Shown here piece after piece: positions 53,222 to 63,847 of a stretch of DNA of 64,000 nucleotides. The position numbers and the translations under genes are program-made. Below the pieces are notes generated by a model. The model saw only the letters and a list, made by a program, of their open reading frames with translations, was not told the origin of the DNA and ran no database searches. The stretch covers positions 928,001 through 992,000 of the forward strand of contig OY970320.1 in the NCBI GenBank assembly GCA_963716745.1, written 5' to 3'. Numbering within the stretch: position 1 is the stretch's first letter; every line of letters starts with the position of its first letter. Origin of the DNA: an uncultured Gemmatimonadaceae bacterium (GTDB lineage Bacteria; Gemmatimonadota; Gemmatimonadetes; Gemmatimonadales; Gemmatimonadaceae).

Positions 53222-53385
53222 AACGGCGCGTGTAGGCCCTAGTACCGCTGAGAAGCGCGTTTAGCAACTGAGCGTATGGTACGGCTCGGCGTGAGTAGGA
53301 AACCTTCCCACTCACGCCGAGCCGTACCATACGCTCAGTTGCTAGACGCGCTGTTTCAGCGGTACTAGGGCCTACACGCGCCGTT
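53222..53385. repeat. 164-bp near-perfect palindrome
   Basis: AACGGCGCGTGTAGGCCCTAGTACCGCTGA...TCAGCGGTACTAGGGCCTACACGCGCCGTT. Confidence 0.92.
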
Positions 53386-53419
53386 TGCCTCGTTCCGGCC
53401 CCCCGGCCACCTTTCATCC

Positions 53420-54091
53420 ATGCCACTGCTCTGGTTGTTCCTCGCGGTCAAGGGAAACCCGGTGCTGCACGCGCTCGACTCGGCGTGGGGGTTCCTCGCG
53501 ATCGGCGCGTCGGTGATCCTCTTCGAGGAGACGATGCCCGTGCTCGCGGGCTTCACCGCGCATCAGGAACACTTCTCGGTGTGGCAGCTCGGACTCGTAT
53601 GCGCGTTCGGCGGGTGGTTCGCGTCGCTCGCGCCATACGCGATCGGCCGCTACGGCGCCGCGCGGCTGTTGACCCGTTGGCCGGCGGCGGAGGCCACGGT
53701 GCTGCGGCTTACCGGCGTCGTGTCGCGCCGGCCGTGGCGCGCCGCGCTCGCGAGCCGGTTCGTATTCGGCGCGCGTACGCTGCTGCCGCTCGCGTGCGGC
53801 ACGGCGAAAGTGCCGGTGGTGCCGTTCGTCGCCGGAAGTGCGATCAGCGCGGTGGTGTGGGCGTCGCTCTTCACGTGGCTCGGCTGGATGTCGGGCGAGA
53901 CGCTGCTGCTCCTGCTGGGGCGCGCGCGACGGCATGAACTCAGCGTGTGGCTGGTGTTCGCGCTCGTCATCCTGATCGTGCTCTGGGTGATCCAGCGACG
54001 GAACCGCGCCCATGTAGCAGCGGAACTGGAGAAGACGGACGAGATCCTGAAGTTGACGGGATCGCATCCGACGATCCCGAAGGGGGACTGA
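53420..54091 (+). CDS. DedA family membrane protein
   Basis: YAIGRYG, SRFVFGAR, AISAVVW. Confidence 0.88.
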   Translation: MPLLWLFLAVKGNPVLHALDSAWGFLAIGASVILFEETMPVLAGFTAHQEHFSVWQLGLVCAFGGWFASLAPYAIGRYGAARLLTRWPAAEATVLRLTGVVSRRPWRAALASRFVFGARTLLPLACGTAKVPVVPFVAGSAISAVVWASLFTWLGWMSGETLLLLLGRARRHELSVWLVFALVILIVLWVIQRRNRAHVAAELEKTDEILKLTGSHPTIPKGD

Positions 54092-54101
54092 GATAAGACA
54101 G

Positions 54102-54219
54102 CCGGGAACCGATTACCGGGAACCGGTGTGGCATGAAAACGAATTCCATCAGGACATCGCGCGATGTCGTGATGGAATATGTTGTTATGCCTCACCGGTT
54201 CCCGGCAATCGGTTCCCGG
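54102..54219. repeat. ~118-bp palindromic element, copy 7
   Basis: Same arms; core differs but stays self-complementary. Confidence 0.95.
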
Positions 54220-54229
54220 TTCTCAGTTG

Positions 54230-57200
54230 TTATCCTCGCTGCGCCATCGCCGGTTCTATCTCCACCGTCGCCTTCCGCTCCAGATTCCCCCATCCCACCA
54301 CGCGCCCCTGCAGCGCTGCGAGCAGTGAGCGGATCACCACGACGTACATCACCTGTCGATACGCGAACCGCTGGAGCAGCACGAGCCAGGTGAGCGAGCG
54401 ATCCTCGTCGGGCTCCAGAAGGAAAGCGAAGATCGTCGCGGCCCAGTCCACCACGAGGAAGATCGCGTAGAACTTGAGCACGTGCTCCAGCGACGAGATG
54501 GCGAACGTCGTGCCGTGCTCGGCGCGCACCCAGTATACGCTTGCGATGCTCCAGACGAACAGGAAGTCCGCGATCGGCGAGACAGCCGGATAGAAGAGCT
54601 GGAAGATCAGCACGTTCGGCAGCGCCACCCATCCGAGCGAGCCGTACTGCTTCTTGAAGAACACCTCGCGGTGTTTCCAGAGGCACTGCAGCGTGCCGAA
54701 GCTCCAGCGGAATCGCTGGCGCGAGAGCATGCGCAGCGTGTCCGGCGCCTCGGTGTAGCCGATCGCCTCGTCGGCGTACGCGATCGCGTGACCGGCGCGG
54801 CGGATCGAGAGCGTGAGGTCCTGATCCTCGGCGAGCGTCTCCTCGCTGAACCCGCCGGCGCCGAGCACGAGCGCCTTGCGCCACGCACCCACCGCACCCG
54901 GGACCACCGTGATGCAATTCAGGAGCGAGAACGCGCGCCGGTCGAGATTCTGGCTCGTGACATACTCGATCGCTTGCCAGCGCGTGGTGATGTTGATGCG
55001 ATTGCCCACCTTCGCGTTGCCGGCCACCGCGCCCACCGCCGGATCGCGCAGCGGCTCCACGAGTTCGCCCACGGTGTTCGGCACGAAGATCGTGTCGGCG
55101 TCGAGACAGATCACGATCTCGCCGTTCGCAACCGTGAGTCCGTAGTTGAGCGCACTCGCCTTGCCGCCGTTCGGTTTGCGATACACGCGCACGAGCGGAT
55201 GCGTGCCGAACGCTTCCATCGCGCGAGCGTACGTGTCGTCGGGTGAACCGTCGTCCACCACCACCACCTCGAGCGTGCCCGGATAGTCCTGCGACACGAG
55301 GCTCTCGATGGTCTTCACGATCACCATCTCTTCCTTGTACGCCGGGACGATCACGCTCACGCTCGGCGCATACGTGACCGGCGCCTCGGGGTCCTGGTGG
55401 CGCCGCGCGTGCTGGATCACGGCGAGCGTGGTGATGAACAGCAGTCGCGCGACGCCGAGGGCGATCGCGATCATGAAGATCCAGTAGAGCATCCACTCGA
55501 TGATGCCGAAGATGCCGAAGGCGGCGAGTTCGCCGAAGCGCGCGACGACCGTGCGCGATGGCAATCCGGGCATCGCCTGGTCGCGCGTGAGACCGAGCAG
55601 TTCGGATACGGTTACGAGCGTGTCGCCTTCGGCGCGGAGCGAGTCGATGAGCGGACCGAACGCGGCGACCGTTTGGCTGCGGTCGCCGCCGCCGTCGTGC
55701 AACAACACCACGTTGCCGCGCTCGCGCTGCGCGAGGGTGGTGTCGATGATCACCTGCACGCCGGGCGAGCGCCAATCCTCGCTGTCGAGGTGCACGCCCA
55801 CCGTGAGGTAGCCGCGATCGCTCGCGAGTGCGACGGGGATCAGTTCGTCATCGGTGGTGGGCTCAGCGTCGCCGAAATACGGCGGACGGAAGAACGCCGT
55901 GCGCCGGTTGAGGACGGCCTCGATGAGCCGCTCGGTGGCGTCGAGTTGCAGCTTGGTCTGCAGGGGATTCGTGAAGAAAAGATTCGGATGCGTGAACGTG
56001 TGATTGCCGATCTCGTGCCCTTCGGCCCATTCGCGCCGCAGCAGCGGGATGTGCGCTTCGACGTTCTGCCCGATCACGAAGAACGTGGCGGGCGCGTTGC
56101 GCGACTTGAGCGTGTCGAGGATCGCGGCGGTCCAGCGGCCATCGGGTCCGTCGTCGAAGGTGAGCGCGACGCGATGCGGGAAGCCGTCGCCGAAGCGGTC
56201 GTACACATAGGGGGTCGCGTACGAAACGACCTTCTCGTTCACCACGAGCCTCGCAACGGAATCGTACGTGATCTCGCGCCGCCCTTCGGTGGGGCGCGAC
56301 ACCATCTGGATGATCTCGCCCTTCCCGTCGCGCGGCAGCGCTTCCGGATCGTAGCCCGGCGGGATGACGGCGAGCGATTCCGCCGGCTGATCGATGCCCT
56401 TGCGTCCGATCACGCGCCAGATCGCGGGGTCCTCGGAGCCCAGGCGCCACACCGCGTGCCCCGCGACGCCGAGCGCTTGGCCGGCGACGATCTGGTCATA
56501 GGCGGTGACCGCGTCGAGATACCACGCGACGTGATCGGTGGAGTCGGAGTCCGTCCAGCGCGCGTACGGATTGAGCGTGATCGGATCGAAGTGGAACGAC
56601 TTGATCGGCGCATTGCGCATCGCCGACATCATCTCCTGGAAGGTGAGCGTCTGCCCGTTGGACAGGGAGTCGCCGTCGTTCCAGTCGTAGCCGTACGCGC
56701 CCACGGCGAGGATCGCCTTGTCGGCGGGGATGAACTTGAGCATCCGCTTCGCTTTGGAGATGTACCAATCCTGGCTCGCGACGGGGCCGGGATCGCCTTT
56801 GCCGTAGTGCTCATCGTAGAGCATGAGGAAGACGTGATCGTTCGCCTCGGCGTAGCGCGCGAGCTGATCGTCGGTGTCGTTGAACGAGACGGCCTGCGTC
56901 ACGCGGCGTCCACGCGGCGCGAGGGCGGCGGTGAGCGCGCGCGTGAAGAGGACCACGTCGGATGTGAGCTCGCCCGGGACTTCTTCGAAGTCGATCGTGA
57001 CGCCGGCGAGTCCGTAGTGCGTCACCGAATCGGTGAGCTGGTCGACGGCTCGCTGGCGTGCCGTGCGGTCGGTGAGCAGGTGACGCAGCGAGCGCGGATC
57101 CCACTTGTGCGTGATCTGGTCGTAGTTGCTCACCATGAGGAACACGGCGGGCCGCTGCGACGGATCGGAGATCACCTGATTGATGGTGTACTGCACGCGG

Positions 57201-57703
57201 CGATCGATCTTCATGAGCAACGAGTCGCCGCCGTTGGCGACGAATGCCCACTCGCAGACGACCCAGTCGAGATCGTCGGCGTGATCACGCAGCGCGGCGG
57301 TGGAGTTGTCGTCCCAGTTGACGTAGAAGCCGACGATGATCGGATCGCCCGGCTTGCGGGGGGACTTCGCCTGAACGCGCTTGTCCACCGGGAGTTCCGA
57401 TGGACGCAGCGACGGCGGCGCGTGCTGGCGTTCGAGCGCGAACCACAGCTCGAGCTTCTTCTCCATCTGGGCACGCTCTGCCTTGCTGGTGGCGATGCGC
57501 GGCGTGATGTTGAGCTTCACCGGGTTGGTCGCGAGCCGCGGGAGGAGCGGCGGCACGAGCAGGCTGAGCACCACGGTGCCGCCGACGATCGTCGTGAAGA
57601 TGCCGAGGCCCAGGCCGACCGCGCGCACGCGGCGCCAACGGCGTCCAGACACATCCAGGAAGACCGGCGCGACGGGCCGGTGCGAGTGCGACACTTTGCT
57701 CAC
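54230..57703 (-). CDS. GH18-like / polysaccharide deacetylase / GT2 glycosyltransferase fusion
   Basis: GVTIDFEE, MLYDEH; ALTFDDGP, GNHTFTH, LLHDGG; VVDDGS, LDADT, AED, QRFRW. Confidence 0.92.
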   Translation of the reverse strand: MSKVSHSHRPVAPVFLDVSGRRWRRVRAVGLGLGIFTTIVGGTVVLSLLVPPLLPRLATNPVKLNITPRIATSKAERAQMEKKLELWFALERQHAPPSLRPSELPVDKRVQAKSPRKPGDPIIVGFYVNWDDNSTAALRDHADDLDWVVCEWAFVANGGDSLLMKIDRRVQYTINQVISDPSQRPAVFLMVSNYDQITHKWDPRSLRHLLTDRTARQRAVDQLTDSVTHYGLAGVTIDFEEVPGELTSDVVLFTRALTAALAPRGRRVTQAVSFNDTDDQLARYAEANDHVFLMLYDEHYGKGDPGPVASQDWYISKAKRMLKFIPADKAILAVGAYGYDWNDGDSLSNGQTLTFQEMMSAMRNAPIKSFHFDPITLNPYARWTDSDSTDHVAWYLDAVTAYDQIVAGQALGVAGHAVWRLGSEDPAIWRVIGRKGIDQPAESLAVIPPGYDPEALPRDGKGEIIQMVSRPTEGRREITYDSVARLVVNEKVVSYATPYVYDRFGDGFPHRVALTFDDGPDGRWTAAILDTLKSRNAPATFFVIGQNVEAHIPLLRREWAEGHEIGNHTFTHPNLFFTNPLQTKLQLDATERLIEAVLNRRTAFFRPPYFGDAEPTTDDELIPVALASDRGYLTVGVHLDSEDWRSPGVQVIIDTTLAQRERGNVVLLHDGGGDRSQTVAAFGPLIDSLRAEGDTLVTVSELLGLTRDQAMPGLPSRTVVARFGELAAFGIFGIIEWMLYWIFMIAIALGVARLLFITTLAVIQHARRHQDPEAPVTYAPSVSVIVPAYKEEMVIVKTIESLVSQDYPGTLEVVVVDDGSPDDTYARAMEAFGTHPLVRVYRKPNGGKASALNYGLTVANGEIVICLDADTIFVPNTVGELVEPLRDPAVGAVAGNAKVGNRINITTRWQAIEYVTSQNLDRRAFSLLNCITVVPGAVGAWRKALVLGAGGFSEETLAEDQDLTLSIRRAGHAIAYADEAIGYTEAPDTLRMLSRQRFRWSFGTLQCLWKHREVFFKKQYGSLGWVALPNVLIFQLFYPAVSPIADFLFVWSIASVYWVRAEHGTTFAISSLEHVLKFYAIFLVVDWAATIFAFLLEPDEDRSLTWLVLLQRFAYRQVMYVVVIRSLLAALQGRVVGWGNLERKATVEIEPAMAQRG

Positions 57704-57768
57704 GGCCCCATAAGATAGCGCCGCGCGCCCCACCGTGCCCCGGCCGCGCCGTCGCGCGTCTTGCCCGC

Positions 57769-58371
57769 ATGACCGGCGATGCGACGGGACTCACCTGGCG
57801 CGAAGATGCCCTGGATTGGTGCCGCGGCCGCGACTGGCGCTGGCGCGCGCCGCTCATGGTGTACCTCGCGTATACCGCCGCGCGCGGCCTCACGGACCCC
57901 ATGCGATGGAACTGGTGGAGCGGCATCACGCTCGGCGTGCACGAGGCGGGGCACATCATCTTCTCCCCGTTCGGGGAATTCCTGATGGTGGCCGGCGGGA
58001 GCATCACGCAGCTCGCCGCGCCACTGGTGGTGATGTGGCTGTTCAGGCGACAGCGCGATTGGTACGGCGTGTGCGTTGGCGCGACGTGGCTCGGGTCGAG
58101 TCTCGCGAACCTCGCGACCTACATCGGCGACGCGCGCGCGCAGGAACTGCCGCTGGTGGGATTCACCGACAACCCGGAACACGATTGGCACTACCTGCTC
58201 TACCGGACGGGATTGCTGAAGGAGGACACGCTGTTCGCGGGACTCACGCGCTTCATCGCGGCCGTGGTGCTTCTGGCCGCGGTATCCGCGACCGCATGGC
58301 TCTGCGTGCAGATGCGCCGATCGCGCGCAACGGTACCTGCCGACCCTTCGACACAGAACAAACTGCTTTGA
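57769..58371 (+). CDS. Hypothetical membrane protein with HExxH (M50-like)
   Basis: VHEAGH, YIGDAR, HDWHYLL. Confidence 0.75.
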   Translation: MTGDATGLTWREDALDWCRGRDWRWRAPLMVYLAYTAARGLTDPMRWNWWSGITLGVHEAGHIIFSPFGEFLMVAGGSITQLAAPLVVMWLFRRQRDWYGVCVGATWLGSSLANLATYIGDARAQELPLVGFTDNPEHDWHYLLYRTGLLKEDTLFAGLTRFIAAVVLLAAVSATAWLCVQMRRSRATVPADPSTQNKLL

Positions 58372-58463
58372 CAGGATTAACATGATTTACATGAGTTGAC
58401 TGCAACGACTCCGTGGCGGGCGGCGCCGTTCTCATCATGTAAATCATGTTAATCCTGTCAAAG
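58366..58463. repeat. AATCATGTTAATCCTGTC-family palindrome
   Basis: 29-bp arm CTTTGACAGGATTAACATGATTTACATGA and its reverse complement, between convergent genes. Confidence 0.9.
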
Positions 58464-58474
58464 TAGTTTTTCCC

Positions 58475-61138
58475 CTATCGCGTTTCGATCCCCGGCGCGA
58501 TGGTGACCTTGAGTGTCTGTTTCTGTTTCGTCTTCCCGAAACTCATCGTGATCGTATAGTCACCGCTCGGGAGGAACTTGTCCCCGCCCTCGCCGCCGTA
58601 CTCGGTGAGAAGATCGCTCGTGGGGCGGAGGTTCCACACGATCCGCCCGAAGCCGGGCGTGCCGGGGGCGGAGAGATTCGCGACGGTGGTGCCCGCGGCG
58701 TTCGTGATGCTCACCTTCACGTTGTCGCCCGTGTACGCCTTCACGTAGTACTGCAGGATCGCGCCGTCCGGCGGATTGTCACCGCGGAACACCGTGTTGC
58801 CATCGCTGTTCACCCAACCCGGCAGCGGGTACCGCCCGAACGCCGGACGTGGCGTGAAGAAGTGCATCGCTTCACCCGCGATCGCCGGCGTGAATTCCTC
58901 GATCGGCGTGACATCGTCCACGATGAACAGACTGCGGCCGTGCGTGCCGATGACCAGATCGCGCTCGCGCGGGTGGATCATGATGTCGTCCACTGCGACG
59001 GTGGGCAGGCTGCCGAACTTCTGCCAATGCGCGCCGCGGTCCACGCTCAGCCACAGCGCGAACTCCGTGCCCACGAACAGCACGTTCGCGTTCTTCGAAC
59101 TCTCGCGGATCACCTTGGCCGGCGCATCGGCCGGAAGATTCGCGGCGATGCTCTGCCACGTCTTGCCGCCGTCGGCGGTGCGATAGAGGAACGTCCCGAA
59201 ATTGCCGGTGCGATGGCCGTCCACGGCCATGTACGCCACCATCGGATCGAAGTGGCTCGCCTCAATGCGGCTGATCCAGAGTCCCTTCACCGCGGCCGGG
59301 AGCGACGCGGTGAGATCGGTCCAGTTGCCGCCGTCATCATCCGTGCGCCACAGCTTGCCGTCGTCGCTGCCCGCCCAGAGCAGCCCCGCCTTCATAGGCG
59401 ATTCGGCGAACGCATAGATCACGCCATAGTCCTCGGCGCCGCTGCCCACGACGGTCATCTTGTCGTAATCACGCGTGGAGAGATCCTTGCTGATCGCCTG
59501 CCACTTCGTTCCATGGTCGGTGATCTTGAAGATCCGGTTGCCCGCGAGGTACAGCGTGCCGGGCGCGTGCACGCTCTGCACGATGGGCGACACCCAATGG
59601 TAGCGGAACGCATTGCTCCCCTCGCTCGGCGAAGGCTGGAGATCGCGCGCTTCGCCGTTCGTGAGGTCCATGCGGAAGATCGTGCCGCCCTGCGACTCGG
59701 CGTACACGAGGTTGGAATCGGTCGCGTCGAAGGCGCAATACGCGCCGTCGCCGCCGCTGATGTTGAAGCCCGCGCCGTTCGTGATGCCGTTCTTCGACCA
59801 CACGGCGCTCGGCGTGATCCAATTCTCATTGTCCTGCAAGCCGCCGCAGATGCGATACGGCGAGCTCATGTCCACCTGCACGCGATAGTACTCGCCCGAC
59901 GGCACGTTGCGCACGTGCTGCCACGACTCCGCGCCGTCGAAGCTCTGGTAAATGCCGCCGTCGGTGCCGAGGATGATGTGCTTGGAGTTCCGCGGGTCGA
60001 TGCTGAGCGCGTGATTGTCGGAGTGCACGTTCTTGAAGCGGTCCTCGCGCCACGTCTTCCCGCCGTCTTCGCTCACGTGCACCATGAAGCCGAGCACGTA
60101 GATGAGCTTGTCGTTCGCGGGGTCAACGCGGATCTGTGAGAAATAGAACGGGCGCGGATTCAGGCGCGACATGCGCGTCCAATGTTCGCCAGCGTCGTCG
60201 GAGCGGAACACGCCGCCCGACTTGCTGAGCGGCCCGTCGAGGTTCGTCGTGCCGCCCAGGTCGGTCTGGATCTCGGCGTATACGATCTTGGGGTTCTTCG
60301 CGTACACGGAGAGCGCGATGCGCTGCGTGCGCGTGGGCAGCCCCTCGGTGAGCTTCTTCCATGTGGCGCCGCCATCGGTGCTCTTGAAGATTCCGCCCAC
60401 GTCGGCGCCGGTATAGTCCACACCGGACACGAAGCTCCACGGGCGCCGGATGCGCGCATACAGCGCGGCGTAGAGCACATTGGGATTGGACGGGTCGATC
60501 GCGATGTCGCCGCCGCCGGCCTTCGTGTCGTTCGGCTTTGGCGCGCTCAGCACCTTCGTCCAGTTCGCGCCGCCGTCGGTGGTCTTGTAGATCCCGCGCT
60601 CGGCGCTCTCGGCCCACAGGTTGCCGGCGACCGCCGCCCACGCCGTTTTCGGATCGGTGGGATGCACGACGATGCGCGCGATGCTCTTGCTGTCCTTGAG
60701 TCCGGCGAACGTCCAGCTGCCACCGCCGTCGGAGGAGCGGTAGACTCCCGCGCCCCAGCCGGTGGAATTGCGATCATTCGCTTCGCCGGTGGCGACGTAC
60801 ACGACGCTCGAGTCGGAGGGCGAGAGCGCGATGTCGCCGATGGAAGCGACGGCCTCCTTGTCGAATACCGGCGAGAACGTCTGCCCGTTGTCGTTCGTGC
60901 GCACCACACCGCCGGTGGCGAGGCCCACGTAGTACGTGTACGGATCATGCGGATCGAACGCGAGCGCTGACACGCGCCCTCCCATGATGCCGGGCCCGAT
61001 GCTGCGCGCTTTCTGGCCGGCACCGAAGATCAGCGTGTCGGTCATGGCGGCGGGGGCCGCAGCAGGTTTCGCGGGCTTGGATTGTGCGTTCAGTGCGAAC
61101 GGGAGAATCAAGAGAGCGCTAACGGCTTTGCGACGCAT
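58475..61138 (-). CDS. VPS10/BNR-repeat glycosyl hydrolase-like protein
   Basis: RSIGPGIMGGRV, many SxDGGxTW boxes, GGLQDN, GTHGRS. Confidence 0.9.
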   Translation of the reverse strand: MRRKAVSALLILPFALNAQSKPAKPAAAPAAMTDTLIFGAGQKARSIGPGIMGGRVSALAFDPHDPYTYYVGLATGGVVRTNDNGQTFSPVFDKEAVASIGDIALSPSDSSVVYVATGEANDRNSTGWGAGVYRSSDGGGSWTFAGLKDSKSIARIVVHPTDPKTAWAAVAGNLWAESAERGIYKTTDGGANWTKVLSAPKPNDTKAGGGDIAIDPSNPNVLYAALYARIRRPWSFVSGVDYTGADVGGIFKSTDGGATWKKLTEGLPTRTQRIALSVYAKNPKIVYAEIQTDLGGTTNLDGPLSKSGGVFRSDDAGEHWTRMSRLNPRPFYFSQIRVDPANDKLIYVLGFMVHVSEDGGKTWREDRFKNVHSDNHALSIDPRNSKHIILGTDGGIYQSFDGAESWQHVRNVPSGEYYRVQVDMSSPYRICGGLQDNENWITPSAVWSKNGITNGAGFNISGGDGAYCAFDATDSNLVYAESQGGTIFRMDLTNGEARDLQPSPSEGSNAFRYHWVSPIVQSVHAPGTLYLAGNRIFKITDHGTKWQAISKDLSTRDYDKMTVVGSGAEDYGVIYAFAESPMKAGLLWAGSDDGKLWRTDDDGGNWTDLTASLPAAVKGLWISRIEASHFDPMVAYMAVDGHRTGNFGTFLYRTADGGKTWQSIAANLPADAPAKVIRESSKNANVLFVGTEFALWLSVDRGAHWQKFGSLPTVAVDDIMIHPRERDLVIGTHGRSLFIVDDVTPIEEFTPAIAGEAMHFFTPRPAFGRYPLPGWVNSDGNTVFRGDNPPDGAILQYYVKAYTGDNVKVSITNAAGTTVANLSAPGTPGFGRIVWNLRPTSDLLTEYGGEGGDKFLPSGDYTITMSFGKTKQKQTLKVTIAPGIETR

Positions 61139-61157
61139 ATGAGTCCTTAGAAGAAGG

Positions 61158-61221
61158 GTGCATCGTGCATCGTGCATCGTGCATCGCCACTGCGATGCTC
61201 GATGCACGATGCACGATGCAC
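61158..61221. repeat. GTGCATC heptamer palindrome
   Basis: (GTGCATC)x4, short loop, then GATGCTC(GATGCAC)x3. Confidence 0.9.
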
Positions 61222-61223
61222 GT

Positions 61224-62600
61224 CTAGAGGAGCGTTCCGTGCAGGATGAGCAAAGCAACCGAGAAATAGATGATCAGCCCCGTGACGTCCACAAGGGTGG
61301 CGACGAAGGGAGCCGATGCGCTCGCGGGATCGAAGCCGAAGCGGCGCAGCAAGAAGGGGAGCATCGAGCCGGCGAGCGAGCCGAAGGTCACGACGCCCAC
61401 GAGCGCAGTGCCCACGGTGAACGCGACGAGGAGATAGTGCTCGCCGTAGCTGTACCATCCGAGTTTCTGCCAGAGCACGATGCGAATGACGCCGATCGTG
61501 CCGAGGATGGAGCCGAGCGCGATGCCCGAGGGCAGTTCGCGCATCGCGACGCGCCACCAATCCTTGAGCGTGAGCTCGCGCAGCGCCATTGCGCGGATGA
61601 TGAGCGAGGTGGCCTGCGAACCGGAATTGCCGCCGGAACTGATGATGAGCGGAATGAACAGCGCGAGCACAACGGCTTTGCTGATCTCGCCCTCGAAATA
61701 ACCCATCGCCGTAGCGGTGAGCATCTCGCCGAAGAACAGCGCCGAAAGCCAGCCGGCGCGCTTCTTGATCATCGCGACGAATCCCACCTGCGTGTATGGC
61801 TCGTCCAGGGCCTCGACGCCTCCGAGCTGTTGGATGTCCTTGGTCTGTTCGCGGATCAGCGCATCGATCACGTCGTCAACGGTGACGATGCCGATCACGT
61901 GATTCGTGTCGTCCACCACCGGCACGGCGAGCAGGTTGTACTTGGAGATGAGCCGCGCGACATCTTCGCGCGGCATGCTGGGCGTCACCGTGAGCGGCGT
62001 GACCCCCGTGCTGATCCGTCCGACCGCGGCGCCCGGCTCCGCGAGCACGAGGTCGCGCAGCGACACGACGTGGACGAGGCGCTGGTCCGACGGGTCGAGC
62101 ACGTACACGGCGTACACCGTTTCCTTGCCGCGCGCCACCTCGCGGATCTTCTCGAGCGCGCGCTGCGCGCTCCAGTCGGCGGGCACCGCCATGAATTCGG
62201 TGGTCATCAGTCCGCCCGCGACATCGGACGGATACTTGAGCAAGCTGATCAGCGCTTCGCGCGTGGGTGCGGTGAGGGTCGGCAGCAGACGCTCGCGCTC
62301 CGCGGGTTCCAGCTCGCGGAAGAGATCCGCCTGCTGGTCGGCCGCCATCGCTTCGATCACCGGCGCCGCGCGTCCGCCCTCAAGCCCTTTGAACAGGACC
62401 GCCTTGCTCTCGAGCTCCGGTTCGTCGAACACGCGCACGATCAAGTCGAACGGCAGTGCGCAGAGCACCGCCGCCGCCGCGGGAGGTTCGAGATGGTTGA
62501 GCGAATCCGCCACGTCGGCGCTGCGCATGGTGGAGAGCGTCTGCGCGAATTCGGCGGAGTCGCCGGCGAGCAGATAGAGGAGTTCGGGAGGGGCGGTCAT
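61224..62600 (-). CDS. mgtE: Magnesium transporter MgtE
   Basis: AGGLMTTE CBS pair, GGNSGSQ, DPASASAPFVATLVDVTG. Confidence 0.95.
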   Translation of the reverse strand: MTAPPELLYLLAGDSAEFAQTLSTMRSADVADSLNHLEPPAAAAVLCALPFDLIVRVFDEPELESKAVLFKGLEGGRAAPVIEAMAADQQADLFRELEPAERERLLPTLTAPTREALISLLKYPSDVAGGLMTTEFMAVPADWSAQRALEKIREVARGKETVYAVYVLDPSDQRLVHVVSLRDLVLAEPGAAVGRISTGVTPLTVTPSMPREDVARLISKYNLLAVPVVDDTNHVIGIVTVDDVIDALIREQTKDIQQLGGVEALDEPYTQVGFVAMIKKRAGWLSALFFGEMLTATAMGYFEGEISKAVVLALFIPLIISSGGNSGSQATSLIIRAMALRELTLKDWWRVAMRELPSGIALGSILGTIGVIRIVLWQKLGWYSYGEHYLLVAFTVGTALVGVVTFGSLAGSMLPFLLRRFGFDPASASAPFVATLVDVTGLIIYFSVALLILHGTLL

Positions 62601-63841
62601 GTGGTCGCTCCACGGGCGGGACTGCGTTCGCCGCGCCAGGCGGCGTAGAGCCAGATCAGGCCGCCGAGAGCGACGGCGAAGGGGATGATCATCACGGCGC
62701 CCTGCAGCGTGCCGCGATCGGAGAGATAGCCGATGATCGCCGGCGACGGGCCGTCGCCCAGCACGTGGATCGCGAAGATCGAAAGCGCCATGGACGCGGC
62801 GCGCATGGTGGGCTGCACCAATCCCAAGATGCTCGAGTTCACCGGCCCGGTGCTGAGGAAGATGAGGAGTTCCGCGGCGAACAACGCGTACAGATAGAGC
62901 GGCGCCGGCAGCGTGAACGCCAGATACGCGAGCGGCGCGGCGAGCAGCGTGCTCGCACCCGACAGCCAGAGATACGCCTGCCGCCACCGCCGCAGCATGC
63001 GGTCGCCCAGCCATCCGCCGGCGAGCGAACCAGTGAAACCGGTGATCACGGTGATGATGCCCAGCTGGTTGTTCGCCGCCGCGAGCCCGAGGTGATGCAC
63101 GCGCTCCAGGAACGCCGGCATCCACACGGAGATGCCGCCCAATCCGAAGGTGTATGCCGCATAGCCGAGGATCACGAGCATGTACGGTCTGTTCTTGAGG
63201 AGCGTTAGGTAATTGCCGAAGCCGGCGGCCGCGCCTTTCGCCGCGCGCTCGGTGGCTTCGGGCAAGCGCAGTGCGAGCAACGCGAGGATGAGTCCAGGCA
63301 CGCCAGCGATGAAGAACGCGTAGCGCCATCCATAGTGCGCGCCGATCTGACCGCCGAGCACATAGCCGAGCGCCGCGCCCGCCGGCGTGGCCGCGTAGAA
63401 TATCGCGAGCACGCGGCCGCGCATCGCCGCCGGAAAGTGGTCCGCCAGGAGCGCGGGCGCGATGGTCGCATACGCCGCCTCGCCGATGCCGACCATCGCG
63501 CGCGACGCGAGCAGGAATCCGAAGCTCGTCGCGATGCCGCCCAGCGCGGTCGCGATGCTCCACACCCCGACGCCGAGCGCGAGGAGCTTGGGGCGGTGGC
63601 CGCGGTCACCGAACACGCCGAAGAACGGAGCGGTGAGCGTGTACACGAGGAGGAACGCGGTGGTGAGCAGCCCGAGCTGCACATCGGAGGGCTGCAGTTC
63701 GGAGCGCTTCAGCTCATCCATCACGGCCGGCACGATGAACCGGTCGATGTAATTCAGGAGATTGATGAGCGTGAGCACCACGAGGGCGACCCACGCGGCA
63801 CGCGGCGCTCGTTCCCCGGCTGCCTCGCGCGCCGGAGTCAC
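62597..63841 (-). CDS. MFS transporter (Spinster family)
   Basis: NLLNYIDR, RAMVGIGEA, HVLGDGPSP. Confidence 0.92.
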   Translation of the reverse strand: MTPAREAAGERAPRAAWVALVVLTLINLLNYIDRFIVPAVMDELKRSELQPSDVQLGLLTTAFLLVYTLTAPFFGVFGDRGHRPKLLALGVGVWSIATALGGIATSFGFLLASRAMVGIGEAAYATIAPALLADHFPAAMRGRVLAIFYAATPAGAALGYVLGGQIGAHYGWRYAFFIAGVPGLILALLALRLPEATERAAKGAAAGFGNYLTLLKNRPYMLVILGYAAYTFGLGGISVWMPAFLERVHHLGLAAANNQLGIITVITGFTGSLAGGWLGDRMLRRWRQAYLWLSGASTLLAAPLAYLAFTLPAPLYLYALFAAELLIFLSTGPVNSSILGLVQPTMRAASMALSIFAIHVLGDGPSPAIIGYLSDRGTLQGAVMIIPFAVALGGLIWLYAAWRGERSPARGATT

Positions 63842-63847
63842 GCGCGA

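Noticed and set aside
54230..57703. Three-domain glycosyltransferase as a novel fusion
   Set aside because: GH18-like/deacetylase/GT2 is a widespread known architecture.
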